Origin: Pelagomonas calceolata
Lineage: Eukaryota
DNA: 64,000 nt
Assembly: GCA_918797485.1 (NCBI GenBank)
Contig: CAKKNE010000001.1
Location: forward strand, 62,001-126,000
Reading direction: 5' to 3'
How positions within the stretch are numbered: the first letter of the stretch is position 1; each line of letters starts with the position of its first letter. The notes beneath the pieces were generated by a model that was not told the DNA's origin, did not search any database, and was given only the letters and a program-made list of their open reading frames with translations. A program made the position numbers and the translations under genes. Below are positions 46,656-57,007 of the stretch, piece after piece.

Positions 46656-47192
46656 CGCTGCGTCGCGGCGCCCCTCCCTGCTCCTTGGGATATGCTGTAT
46701 TGAACCCCAAAGCGTACCCGAGAGCAGCAAAGGTTAGCGAGCACTGTCCATCGAACGAACAGCGCCCGTCTCTACGTTACTGGCACCGCTGATGGCACAC
46801 AGCGAGCGCGGGCGCGCGCGATCGCGACGATCTAGCGGAGTGAAAGACACTAGACTTGAACGACGCCTGCGGCCAGAGGTCTTGTCAGACGGATACGGAA
46901 GAATCGAATGCAAAGACGACAGCTTCAGACAAATTCAGGAGCCCCCCTAATTTTTTTTTTTGCGGTGCCATTTTGAATAATTAAGAGCTCCTAACTCAGC
47001 GCGTAAGCTGCCGCTGGCCCGCAGAGATTGTGTGCAGGCCACACGCATTGCGCCCATCAAGTGCCACGTGAAGAGCGCTGTCAAAAACCGCTCAGCGCGC
47101 CAAATTAGCTGTGCCGCCAAATCAGCTGTAGCAAACGCAGCGCGCATCTATAAAGACAGCGCACGCCGCCGACGCTAGGCGCCGCACAAAAA

Positions 47193-47960
47193 ATGGCGGA
47201 ACGCAAGCTCTCCGGCGTGCGCGTGTCGCTCCCGCGGTTGACGAGAGTACGAGCGGTCAGCCACGACCAGTACGGAGGCGCCACTTTAACCTACGACGAC
47301 GAGCGCCGCGACTACGAGCTCTGCAAGCTCGAGAGCGTGCCCGGCGTGCGCGAGGACGACCCGCTGAATGGCGCGAAGGTCGCGTTGCCACCTCAAAACT
47401 ACACCTGGGACGCCGAGCGGCTGCTCTGGGTCCATTCGAGAAGCAAGCAGCCCTACGCCGAGATGGCTCGTAGATCATTACCTAGATCGGATGAAGACGT
47501 TGAAAGGGACCCTCCCTCGGAAGCGATTGGATCGAGGTGCATGGCGTGGTCTTGGTCAGACGAGACACCCTCGTTGCGAAGGGCCACGGTCACGTCGCAT
47601 TCTTGCGAAGGCGATGATTTGGGTTTATTGGGAAAGTGGACCCTGACGCTATCATCTGCGGGCACGAATCGAAGACCAACTACGATAGAGGTAAGAGCGC
47701 CGGAGCTCCGAGCCGCGTTGGACCTGAGACACCATGTCGATTGTCGAGGAGAGCCACCAGCACTCTCTCCAGAACTACGCCGACAAGGCTGGTCCGCAAA
47801 ACAAAGTAGATCAACCGGCGACTGGTATTATGTTCATACCTCACCGAATGGAGGCGCGACGAGCCAGTGGGAGCGGCCCGGCTGCGACTGGCCCCAACGC
47901 TCCTTCTTGCGCGTGTTTGGGGCACCGGACGTCGACGCGCATCGATTCCCACCTAGATAG
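47193..47960 (+). CDS. WW-domain protein
   Basis: GWSAKQSRSTGDWYYVH..TSQWERP; AAAAATGG start context. Confidence 0.7.
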   Translation: MAERKLSGVRVSLPRLTRVRAVSHDQYGGATLTYDDERRDYELCKLESVPGVREDDPLNGAKVALPPQNYTWDAERLLWVHSRSKQPYAEMARRSLPRSDEDVERDPPSEAIGSRCMAWSWSDETPSLRRATVTSHSCEGDDLGLLGKWTLTLSSAGTNRRPTTIEVRAPELRAALDLRHHVDCRGEPPALSPELRRQGWSAKQSRSTGDWYYVHTSPNGGATSQWERPGCDWPQRSFLRVFGAPDVDAHRFPPR

Positions 47961-47961
47961 A

Positions 47962-48513
47962 ATGGAACGCAAGGCGGCGTTGGCTGCTTCCTGTCGCTCG
48001 AAGTACGCGGACTATGAACGGGCCCAAGAAGACAGGGCGACGGAAGCATCTTCTCGCGGTGAGGCACCTGATAGCGCTTTACAAACGTATGCCGCGTGGT
48101 GCCGCGCGCGATGCGAGGCGTACTACGAATCGCCGCCCCACTTGCAGCATCTGTCGGATGACGCGCCCGAACGGCGAGCCGACCTCGAGGCCCACGTGGA
48201 CACGATGTACGGCTTGATGCGCGAGTACGACCACGTCGCGAGTGACTCCGAGTTTAGTGATGAGAGTGAAAGTGAGGATGAAAACGAGGACTTCAGCGAA
48301 TTGGGTTTCAGTGATGTGAGGGTCCAGCGGTCGTCGAAACGAAGGAGGACGGAGCGGGTCCTGCGGAGTGGATTGGAGCAGTTCATCGACTCGCCGGGAG
48401 TGGCTTCCCGCATCTTGCACGGCGACGGCTTCAACCGGACGCGGTCGGGCGCGGTCTTCGGGGGGAAGCGCGACGAGAACTCGGACCTGCGCAAGCACCT
48501 CGACTTCGACTGA
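47962..48513 (+). CDS. Hypothetical helical/acidic ORF; continuation of the WW gene or a separate cistron
   Basis: MERKAALAASCRSKY..; ATG one base after the upstream TAG. Confidence 0.5.
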   Translation: MERKAALAASCRSKYADYERAQEDRATEASSRGEAPDSALQTYAAWCRARCEAYYESPPHLQHLSDDAPERRADLEAHVDTMYGLMREYDHVASDSEFSDESESEDENEDFSELGFSDVRVQRSSKRRRTERVLRSGLEQFIDSPGVASRILHGDGFNRTRSGAVFGGKRDENSDLRKHLDFD

Positions 48514-48855
48514 GGAGCTTCCGGCCTAAGGTCCGTCTAGCTAGTCTTGTGTCCTCCCGCGTCGCGCCACGTCGAAATTCCCAATATGGCATAGCGCCCG
48601 CGCGATGGCGTGAAGGACCCGTCCCCGACTACAAAGCGAGCTCTCCCGCTCGGCGCGGGCCGGAGGGGGGGGGTAGCGCTTCAGCTGAGCCTTGCTCTCA
48701 CACTGCCAACTTGCTCCCCGGCTGAGGCGGCCGCACCAGACGCCGCCGAGCCCCGCCAGGCACGCCAGCGCTCGGATCGAGGTGGCCCTCACGCCTGGGG
48801 CGAGAAACCGCGCTGCCCGGAGTGCCAGCGAAGCTTACCAGGGGCAGCCTCCACG

Positions 48856-50106
48856 ATGCTGGCTCCCACGACGCCGCGAACGTCGCGGGCGCGCCGGCCC
48901 TGTTCGCGCGGCCGCGCGCGGCACTACGTCGCCGCGGCGGCCCCGGCCCCGGCGCCGTCAAGAGCGGACAGCCCCTACATCGACGTAGAGCCAACGAAAA
49001 AGACTCTACTAAAGACCGGCGCCGTCGTTCGCCTCCGGGCGGGGCCCTTCGGTATTTGCGACGCTTTTGACGCGAAGTCGAACACGTGGGCCGTGCGCTT
49101 TTTCGGAGAGACCGAAGAGCGGCTCGTGGGAGAAGCTAGATTAGTAGGACCCATGGACGACGCCGAGGCCTTAGACGAGGCGACAAGAGCCCGAGACCGG
49201 GCCGCCGTGCGCGCGCTAATTCAAAGGCGGCCTCCGCCCGAGAGGCAAGAACGCGTCTCCAGGGATTTCGACCAAGAAGATTTCCATTGTCCGGTCTGCA
49301 GAGAACTACTGTACCAACCCGTCATCAAGCAGTGCGGCCACGCGGCCTGCTTTCTATGTACGCACAAGGCCATGGACCAGCTCTGCGATAGTGCGTGTCC
49401 CTTGTGTCGCGCGCCGTTCCGGCATCTCGGGGCGGTCTGTGAGCCTTTACATAACTTTATCTGCCGGACCTTTCGTAATGAAGAGACAGAGGATGAACAT
49501 TTCTGCTGTCGGACCTGCGGCGCCCCCGGTTCCGTTTATGTGGGCAACTGCGGCCATGCGTTATGTGAGGACTGTCGAGACCAGGACTGTGCTTGCGGCG
49601 CGAGGCGTGTGTTCACGCCTCGCGTGCCCTGCGCTCTCCTAGAGCTCGCGTCCCACAAAACAAGGGCGCCGGCGGGCGCACCTCGACAGTGCTTGGAGGC
49701 GCCGGCGCCGGAACGGGCACTGAGCGACGAAACCCCGTACGTGCACTTCGGCGTGGGCTGCGACGGCTGCGGCGCCTTTCCTATTAGGGGGGCGGCGTTT
49801 CGGTGTCTCGACTGCCCCGACGCCGTGGGCTTTGACCTCTGCGCGGAGTGCCGCGGCTCTTCTCTCGTCGTGAGCGGGCGCTTCGACCAGGGGCATACGT
49901 CAAATCATCGCGTAGTGGAACGCGAGCAGGTGCGGACGTGGTTGCATGAATTGCAGGCCGCGAATCCCCAGCTCGGCGTCCACGAGGTCTTAGATATCGC
50001 GCGGATGCAATTGCAGGCCGCCGCGCCGCCGCCGCCCGACGACTCGTCGTCCGACGACGAGTCCTTTTCCCGCTACGGGCCGGGCGACCCGCCGCGGACC
50101 GCCTAG
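48856..50106 (+). CDS. PRT1: PRT1-like E3 ubiquitin ligase (RING-RING-ZZ)
   Basis: CPVCRELLYQPV..CGHAACFLC.HKAM..CPLCRAPFRH; second RING CRTC..NCGHALCEDC; VHFGVGCDGCGAFPI..CLDC..GFDLC..GRFDQGHT..H. Confidence 0.82.
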   Translation: MLAPTTPRTSRARRPCSRGRARHYVAAAAPAPAPSRADSPYIDVEPTKKTLLKTGAVVRLRAGPFGICDAFDAKSNTWAVRFFGETEERLVGEARLVGPMDDAEALDEATRARDRAAVRALIQRRPPPERQERVSRDFDQEDFHCPVCRELLYQPVIKQCGHAACFLCTHKAMDQLCDSACPLCRAPFRHLGAVCEPLHNFICRTFRNEETEDEHFCCRTCGAPGSVYVGNCGHALCEDCRDQDCACGARRVFTPRVPCALLELASHKTRAPAGAPRQCLEAPAPERALSDETPYVHFGVGCDGCGAFPIRGAAFRCLDCPDAVGFDLCAECRGSSLVVSGRFDQGHTSNHRVVEREQVRTWLHELQAANPQLGVHEVLDIARMQLQAAAPPPPDDSSSDDESFSRYGPGDPPRTA

Positions 50107-50201
50107 TAGTAGCCCTCTTCTTTTGTGTAATCGTCCGTTCTTTTGCGTTTTTCTTTACGTGCGGGACTAGTCTAATGTTACGTGCGGGACAAGTGATTTT
50201 T

Positions 50202-50223
50202 GCTAGTGTCTTACAACGCTAGC
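50202..50223 (-). promoter_or_regulatory. CTAG-GTAAGACA-CTAG motif
   Basis: GCTAGCGTTGTAAGACACTAGC upstream of the 50476 gene. Confidence 0.62.
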
Positions 50224-50475
50224 CGAGCTTTGGGATTATGTGCCCGGGGGGACGGTCTCGAGACCGACCCGAGCTCTCGCATTTGTACCCGCTGAGGTCC
50301 GCAGTGGCCTTCCTGCGCTGTCAAAAGTACCGTACTGCTGCTGCGGCCTCGAGGAGGCGCGAGTTACGTGTGGACGGGCACGCAACACAAACCAAACCAG
50401 CCTGCGGCAAAAAAAGAGAAGGCAAAGGAGGCCGCGCTGCAACAGGACGCTGCGTCGACGCCGCCGCCGCGGACC

Positions 50476-51297
50476 ATGGCCTACTGCGGCCCGACCCAGC
50501 TACGCAGCCAGGCGGCCCGGCCGAACCGGAGCAACCACCCGCCGCTCCGGGTCGTGATCCTGGTCACGTCGTTCGATCCATCCCCAACGCCAAAGAAGAA
50601 GATCCCGCGCCTCGAAATACACGGCGAGGACGGCGACGGCCGGAGCCGGTGCGTCTTCTGGCGGGGCGAGGCCGAGGCGGCTGTGAATTTGGTGGAGGTC
50701 GGCGCCGTCGTGTCGTGCGTCGTCCAGCGGAGCGACTGTGATGGTGCGGTCGTCGTGTGCGAGGGCTGCCGCGACTTGAGGGTCGAGTGGCGCGCCGGCG
50801 ACGCGCCCCATGCAAAAGCGGTCGTCCAGCGCGTCGCCGGCGCGGCGCGGCCGGCGAAGCGGCCGCGGCCGGCGCCGCCGGCCGGGAGCTACTGGTCTCC
50901 CTTGCCGCTGGGCGCGGCCGTGCAAAGTCCGAAAAGCGTCTGGACGCGGGCCGCGATCAGCGTCGCGCAGCCGCGCATCGGGCGGGGCGAGTCGGATCAA
51001 GCCGTGGGCCGGCTGCTGATGATGGTCCTGAATGGCGACGCGCCGCTGATCTTGCGCTTGCGCGGCGACGACGGCGCGTCAATTGATTGTAAGGCCACGC
51101 CGCAACTCGCGCGCGCGCTCCATTTCTGCCTCAGCGGCGACGACGTCGACACGTGTGTCGCCCACGCAATCACCGCCGGGCAGAAGCACCGGCGCCTGCA
51201 GAATGGCATCCCGTCAATTGAGTGCAAGCTTTCACCGGGGCCCGTCGTCGCCGGGATAGCGCTCCTCAAGGAGGACGCGTCCTGGACACCCCCGTGA
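50476..51297 (+). CDS. Hypothetical protein, possible OB-fold
   Basis: LEIHGEDGDGRSRCVFWRGEAE..VEVGAVV pattern. Confidence 0.45.
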   Translation: MAYCGPTQLRSQAARPNRSNHPPLRVVILVTSFDPSPTPKKKIPRLEIHGEDGDGRSRCVFWRGEAEAAVNLVEVGAVVSCVVQRSDCDGAVVVCEGCRDLRVEWRAGDAPHAKAVVQRVAGAARPAKRPRPAPPAGSYWSPLPLGAAVQSPKSVWTRAAISVAQPRIGRGESDQAVGRLLMMVLNGDAPLILRLRGDDGASIDCKATPQLARALHFCLSGDDVDTCVAHAITAGQKHRRLQNGIPSIECKLSPGPVVAGIALLKEDASWTPP

Positions 51298-51349
51298 TCG
51301 CGTCCGCTCTTCCACGCCATCGACGCGACGGCGGCCCCGGGACCGCGTC

Positions 51350-52126
51350 TCACCCCCGCCGCGCAGCGCCGTTGAGCCAAACGTCGGGTGCCGCGGACCC
51401 CGGCGCGAGCCGCGCGTCGTCCTCCGCGCTGAGCTCCGGCTTGACGCCCCGCAGGTCGATGGACACGTCGTCTCCGGTAAATTCCAAAGTGGACACGCTC
51501 GCCGTCGGCACGGAGATTTCCGCGACGGGCGTGCTCGGCTCCGCGAACGACAGCAGCGACCGCGTGATGAAGAGGTGCGACACGACGACGGCGCACTCTC
51601 CCTCGTTAATAGAAGGTAACACGTCCTCCAGCAGGCACTTCTTCGCCCGAGCTTGCACTTCATTGACGGACTCGCCGCCGCCCGCGGGGTTGAAGTCGTA
51701 ATCATCTAAAAACCGTTGCATGTCCTCGCCCGGGTACTCCTTGCTGACTTGGTCGATGCTCTTGTCGACCCAGTCGCCCCTCCTAACTTCGCGGAAGGCC
51801 TCCCTCGCTTCTACACTCATGGATTTGCCGAGGGCTTCGACGGTGCGCTCGGCGCCGTACATGGCGCGCTTCATCGGCGACGCAAAAACGGAGGTCACCT
51901 TGCTGCCGAAGGTATCGGCGACGAACTGTGCGGCCGCTCGCGCCTCGGCCTCGCCTCGTTCGCTCAGCGGTACATCCACATCACCTCCATAAAGGCCGTC
52001 TGGGGTTAATCCTGCGGCTTCGCGGTTCACTGCTCCATGTCTCACGAGGATCACGGTCTTGGGGGCCAGGGCCAACGTGGAGGCGCAGAGCACCAGCGTA
52101 TTCTGGGCCGCTCGGAAGCGCTGCAT
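51350..52126 (-). CDS. Histidine phosphatase (phosphoglycerate mutase-like)
   Basis: ILVRHG; DVPLSERGEAEA; ASPMKRA; FREVRRGDW; GGES; VVVSH. Confidence 0.9.
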   Translation of the reverse strand: MQRFRAAQNTLVLCASTLALAPKTVILVRHGAVNREAAGLTPDGLYGGDVDVPLSERGEAEARAAAQFVADTFGSKVTSVFASPMKRAMYGAERTVEALGKSMSVEAREAFREVRRGDWVDKSIDQVSKEYPGEDMQRFLDDYDFNPAGGGESVNEVQARAKKCLLEDVLPSINEGECAVVVSHLFITRSLLSFAEPSTPVAEISVPTASVSTLEFTGDDVSIDLRGVKPELSAEDDARLAPGSAAPDVWLNGAARRG

Positions 52127-52475
52127 GCTTGCGTTTGATGTGTGAGTTTGTGCTGTGCAATTTTAGCAGCAGTGCAATTAGCAGCAGTGTTGCACGAACC
52201 GTGCCACAAGACCCAGCAGTTGGGTCTATGGTATGCGTGTGTGCCCGCCCGCAATAATGGGCGACGAATGCCAATGCGTGGGGCGAGTGCACCCTACTTT
52301 ACTGCGCGATCGCATGCAGCCGGGCTAGAGGGGCTATGCGCTAGGGTAAGCTTAGGTTTTACTAGTCCTAGCACCGTAACATCTAACAGCGTGCGTGATA
52401 TTTTCTCGCCACCAGTACGCCATCGACGCGCGATTAGGAACTTCTTACTTAAAACATATAAACACGCGAGCGACG

Positions 52476-53216
52476 CTACCCGAGCGGACCCAGCGCCCCA
52501 CCGTCAGCGTCGAACACGACGTGCGGGAACCCGCGCTTGAGATGGGACTTGCCCGGCACGCGCGTAAAGACCTCGGCCGGCGGCCGCGATCCGTACGTCC
52601 GGAGCACCACCTCGATCGCGTTCTGCATCGTCCCGTGGCCGAACGCGACGACGACGCGGTCGGGCGCGTCGAGCCCATGGACCCAAGCGGCCGCCCTCTC
52701 GAGCACGTCGAGCTGCGACTCGCCGTCGGGAGGCTTCGCAAGCACGTCGCCAGCCCGATGCGCGGCGGCGGAGGCGCGGTCCGCGCCCGAGAGGTCGTCG
52801 ACGGTCTTGCCGTGCCAGCTCGCGTGGTCGATCTCGACGAGCGCCTCGTCGACCGCGATCTCGGGAACCTCCAGGCCGCGGTCCGCTAAGACGGCTGTGT
52901 AGGCTTCCCACGTCTGAGCGCAGCGGTGCAGCGGCGACCGCCGGAAGCTGCACCTCTCGAGGCGGTCGCCGAAGGCGTCCAGAAACACCTCGGCGCCTTT
53001 GCCGGCTTCGACGAGCGACTCCGGTAACAGCGTCGCGTCGGGCCCCTCGGAGTGGTTCTGGAAGATCAGCCGTTGGTTCGAAGGCGTCCTACCGTGCGGG
53101 ATGAGCACGAGCGCTCCGACGCGCGGCCGCGGCGGCGCGAAACTCGCGACGAGCGTCGGCGCGCCCAGGGGCCCGAGGCGGAGGCCGAGGCGCGCGAGAC
53201 GCGCTGCAGTGGTCAT
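52476..53216 (-). CDS. Histidine phosphatase-like protein with PHG in place of RHG
   Basis: LIPHGRT; RSPLHRCAQT; LVEIDHASWHGK; DGES; VAFGHG. Confidence 0.8.
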   Translation of the reverse strand: MTTAARLARLGLRLGPLGAPTLVASFAPPRPRVGALVLIPHGRTPSNQRLIFQNHSEGPDATLLPESLVEAGKGAEVFLDAFGDRLERCSFRRSPLHRCAQTWEAYTAVLADRGLEVPEIAVDEALVEIDHASWHGKTVDDLSGADRASAAAHRAGDVLAKPPDGESQLDVLERAAAWVHGLDAPDRVVVAFGHGTMQNAIEVVLRTYGSRPPAEVFTRVPGKSHLKRGFPHVVFDADGGALGPLG

Positions 53217-53428
53217 TACTTTTTCAGCGGCGGCAGCGCGTACTTCTGGGCCGAGTCTCTTGCTTCGCGCAGTTGCCGGCTCGCGTCCTCGTGCGCCTCC
53301 TGCTCGACCTTGCTGACAGCGTCGTGCGCAATGACCCAAGTATAATATTTGAAGAGGTTGCCCGCGATGAATAACCCGCCGGCGCCGAGCCAGAGTCTCT
53401 TTACGGACGGCTGGAGTTTAGACCACAT
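53216..53428 (-). CDS. 70-aa single-pass membrane microprotein
   Basis: MWSKLQPSVKRLWLGAGGLFIAGNLFKYYTW..LPPLKK; stop overlaps the next ATG. Confidence 0.55.
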   Translation of the reverse strand: MWSKLQPSVKRLWLGAGGLFIAGNLFKYYTWVIAHDAVSKVEQEAHEDASRQLREARDSAQKYALPPLKK

Positions 53429-53928
53429 CAATGCTGCCACAGCTGGCAGTAAGGTGCTAATCGAACGCACGGATGCAATAGAGCGCGAAGCCTCGTCGAG
53501 CGTTCACCAGGCTTGCTGGCCGCAGCCTGCACCCTTTGTCGTGTGACGATGCCGGCCGTGCGCGTGCGTGAGCATCAGCCAAGCCAGCCACCAAGCTGCA
53601 AGAAACAAAAAGCTGGCGCGGCAGAAAGGAAGGGTCAAGCCAGCGTCGGAGGTCTCTATTGTCTTGCTGGAGACGACTTCTATGAAGGATCGCAGATTTC
53701 GTAGCGGTATGCATACTAGCTTGTAAAGAGGACGACCGCGAGGCAGCCCGTACACGGCCGCGCTCGATTGCTAGCGCTGCCACCGAACGTTGGCAAGCCA
53801 GCAATCGAACCCTCCGGCAGCGCTGCGCGCGTCGAGAAGTCCTCGCTGCACGCCGTCGTCGCGTTTAGCCGCGCGCAAATAAAACCTTGCAAAGAGAAAG
53901 ACCGCTGCGCGGCACCTAGGCAGCCACC

Positions 53929-55684
53929 ATGTCCATGGTCTTCGACGAGTACGGCCGGCCCTTCATCATCCTGAAGGAGCAGCAGGCCAAGAGTCGCATC
54001 AAGGGCCTGCAGGCCCAGAAACACAACATCATGGCGCATGGCGCTCGGTCTCCGGCTTGCTGCGAACCTCATTAGGCCCAAAAGGGATGGACAAGATGAT
54101 GGTCTCGCCCGACGGCGACGTGACGATCACGAACGACGGCGCGACCATCTTAGATAAGATGGCGGTCGAGCACCAGGTCGCGAGATTACTTGTGGAGTTG
54201 TCGCAGTCCCAAGACGACGAGATCGGCGACGGGACGACGGGCGTTGTCGTGTTAGCTGGTGCTTTGCTCGAACAGGCCGAGAAGTTGCTCGATCGCGGAT
54301 TGCATCCCGTGCGAGTGGCGGAAGGCTTCGAAGCGGCCTGCCAGGTCTCGCTAGAAACCCTCGAGAAGATCGCGGACACGGTGCACTTCGAGAAGAAGGT
54401 GGATGATAAAGTACTGGTCGAGACGGCGTCGACCACGCTCTCGTCGAAGATCATCAACGTGCACAAGAGGAAGATGGCGCAGATCGCCGTACGCGTTTCC
54501 GTGTCTGACACTTCAACGTGGCGGCGACGGCGCGGCCGCGTCGCGTCGACGGCGTCGCGGGCCTCGCAGAGCGTGCTGTTCGAGTTTGGGTGGAAACGAG
54601 ACGCGTCGCTTCCACAACGCAGGTCGACGCCGTGTTAAGTGTCGCGCAGACGGTGGGCGACCACACGGACGTGAATTTCGACCTGATCAAGATGGAGGGC
54701 AAGCCCGGCGGGCGGCTGGAGGAGACGGAGCTGATCAAGGGCATCGTCATCGACAAGGACATGAGCCACCCCCAGATGCCCAAGGAAATCCGGGACGTGA
54801 AGATGTGCATCCTCACGTGTCCGTTTGAACCCCCAAAACCCAAGACGAAGCACAAGCTCGACATCAGTTCGAAGGAGGACTACGACAAGCTTTTTCAGCG
54901 GGAGCAGGCCTACTTCGGGGACATGGTCGAGCAGTGCAAGGCCTGCGGGGCGAACCTCGTGATCTGCCAGTGGGGCTTCGACGACGAGGCGAACCATTTG
55001 CTGTTGCAGGCGGAGCTGCCCGCGGTGAGATGGGTCGGCGGCGTCGAGCTCGAACTCATTGCGATCGCGACCGGTGGCCGCATCGTCCCTAGATTCTCGG
55101 AGCTCGATGCGTCCAAACTAGGCCGGGCCGGAGTCGTGAGGGAGGTGTCCTTCGGCACGACCAAAGAAAGGATGCTGGTGATCGAAGATTGCGCGTCCTC
55201 AGAAGCGGTCACAGTACTGGTGAGAGGCGGCAACAAGATGATCGTGGAGGAGGCGAAACGGTCGTTACATGACGCCATGTGCGTCGTGCGGAACTTGGTG
55301 AGAGATAATAGAATTGTGTACGGTGGAGGGGCGGCCGAGATCGCGTGTAGTGTGGCTGTCAGCAAAGCCGCCGACGCGGCGACGGGTCCCGAGCAGTACG
55401 CCATCCGGGCCTTCGCCGACGCGCTGGACGACGTGCCCATGGCCCTCGCCGAGAACAGTGGTTTGTCGCCGATCGCCGAGCTCACCGCGGTCAAAGCGGC
55501 TCAGGTGGCACAAAACTGCCCGTTCCTCGGCGTCGACTGCTTGCAACAGGGCACGAACGACATGAAGCGCCAGAAGGTCTTCGAGACGCTGATCGGGAAG
55601 CAGCAGCAGGTCCAGCTCGCGACGCAGGTCGTCAAGATGATTCTGAAGATCGACGACGTCATCATGTCCGGGGCCTACGCCTAG
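53929..55684 (+). CDS. CCT5: T-complex protein 1 subunit epsilon; intron 54489-54622; one apparent frameshift near 54040
   Basis: [70 protein letters not shown]. Confidence 0.97.
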
Positions 55685-55726
55685 GTCTCTCCCCTTCTTG
55701 ATATAAGTGGGGTTCGTTTTTACATC

Positions 55727-56539
55727 TTACCCGGTCTCCCGCCAGTAGGAGAGGATGTTCCACACAATACCATTGTCGCCCTGGCGAAGGACGAACTCGA
55801 GGGCGAGCTGCTGCCGCGCGTCGTGACCGCGCGGCCTCCGGCGCGTGCGAGGAAGCTTGGCGCGGCCGTGCGCGACGAGGGACCTGATCCGGAGGATTTG
55901 CCGATGTCCGGCGCGACAATGGGCCTTCCAGGAGCCATGCTGGCGCACACTTGCCACTAGTTCTTCGATTGCAGTGGTGTGCTCGCCATAGCGCGTAGGA
56001 TCCCGTCTTCGACAATCCCGCAAAGCGTCGTCGAAGGAATGATACGCGCCACAGGCAGAATCCAGCGTTGCGCCTGATCTGAGAAGTATCTTTACGATCT
56101 CTACATGGTGCATTTGACTAGGAACCGTGTCCGATATAATTCTACCAAGCGGTCTCACCTCATCATTATCTTCTGCATTTACCTGCGCGCCAGCGGCGAC
56201 GAGCACAGATACATACTCTGGGGAGGCACCCCGCGATGAACTAGCAAAATGCAGCGCTGTGGATCCCGAGACACGACTCGCAACGTCGAGGCGGGCTCCC
56301 CGTGAGACTAGGTAGCGGGCAATCCTGACGTGGTCTTCAGTGAGCACATCGCCGTAACCGCCCGAAGCCCACAAGAGAAGCGACCAGCCGTCCTCGTCGA
56401 GGTCGTTAACAGAACGCGGAGCCAACTCGCTACCGCCGTCTAGCCAAGCCTTGACCCGTTCGAAGTCTCCTTCGTTGGCGGCCTCTCCGATCGCCTCTGG
56501 AAGTACCCCTGCTGCTTCTTCTTCCGAGTCGCTATTCAT
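55727..56539 (-). CDS. Ankyrin-repeat protein
   Basis: GWSLLLWAS; GSTALHFAS; LVAAGAQVNAED. Confidence 0.85.
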   Translation of the reverse strand: MNSDSEEEAAGVLPEAIGEAANEGDFERVKAWLDGGSELAPRSVNDLDEDGWSLLLWASGGYGDVLTEDHVRIARYLVSRGARLDVASRVSGSTALHFASSSRGASPEYVSVLVAAGAQVNAEDNDEVRPLGRIISDTVPSQMHHVEIVKILLRSGATLDSACGAYHSFDDALRDCRRRDPTRYGEHTTAIEELVASVRQHGSWKAHCRAGHRQILRIRSLVAHGRAKLPRTRRRPRGHDARQQLALEFVLRQGDNGIVWNILSYWRETG

Positions 56540-56769
56540 TTGGTGGTTGATGCGGTGAGCTCCTACGCCTAGTTTTTGCGCCGCACGCCAGTGCTTGGCT
56601 CTGCAGCAGCGCGCCGATATGACCCACCCAAGAAGTGTGCAAGGCGCTACGCTGCACCAGGCCCTTAGGCGTCGCCGATTTCGCTCGTAGGCTGTTCAGC
56701 CGCGGTCGGAGCACTGCTGCGCCAACCGGTGTGACGCCTCGTCAACAAATGCGCGCTTTTGGCCGAGCT

Positions 56770-56795
56770 GCTAGCGGCATGTAAGACACACTAGC
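56770..56795 (+). promoter_or_regulatory. CTAG-GTAAGACA-CTAG motif
   Basis: GCTAGCGGCATGTAAGACACACTAGC between divergent ankyrin and myotubularin genes. Confidence 0.68.
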
Positions 56796-57007
56796 CAGCA
56801 CTCCCTGCCGCAACAAAAAAGCCAAAAGCTGTGCCCCAGGACAGCCTTTGTATTGTAGAGGAGCTACACTTAGTGACCCAATCGCCACGCTTGCGCTGCT
56901 TCAACCGCTTCGGGCCGAGGGGCCGCAGACAACTCGCAGAGCAGCAGAGAGACCTCAAGCCCATCAGGAGGTGCAAGGCCGTGTCGGAACACGCCGCCGC
57001 GCAAAGA

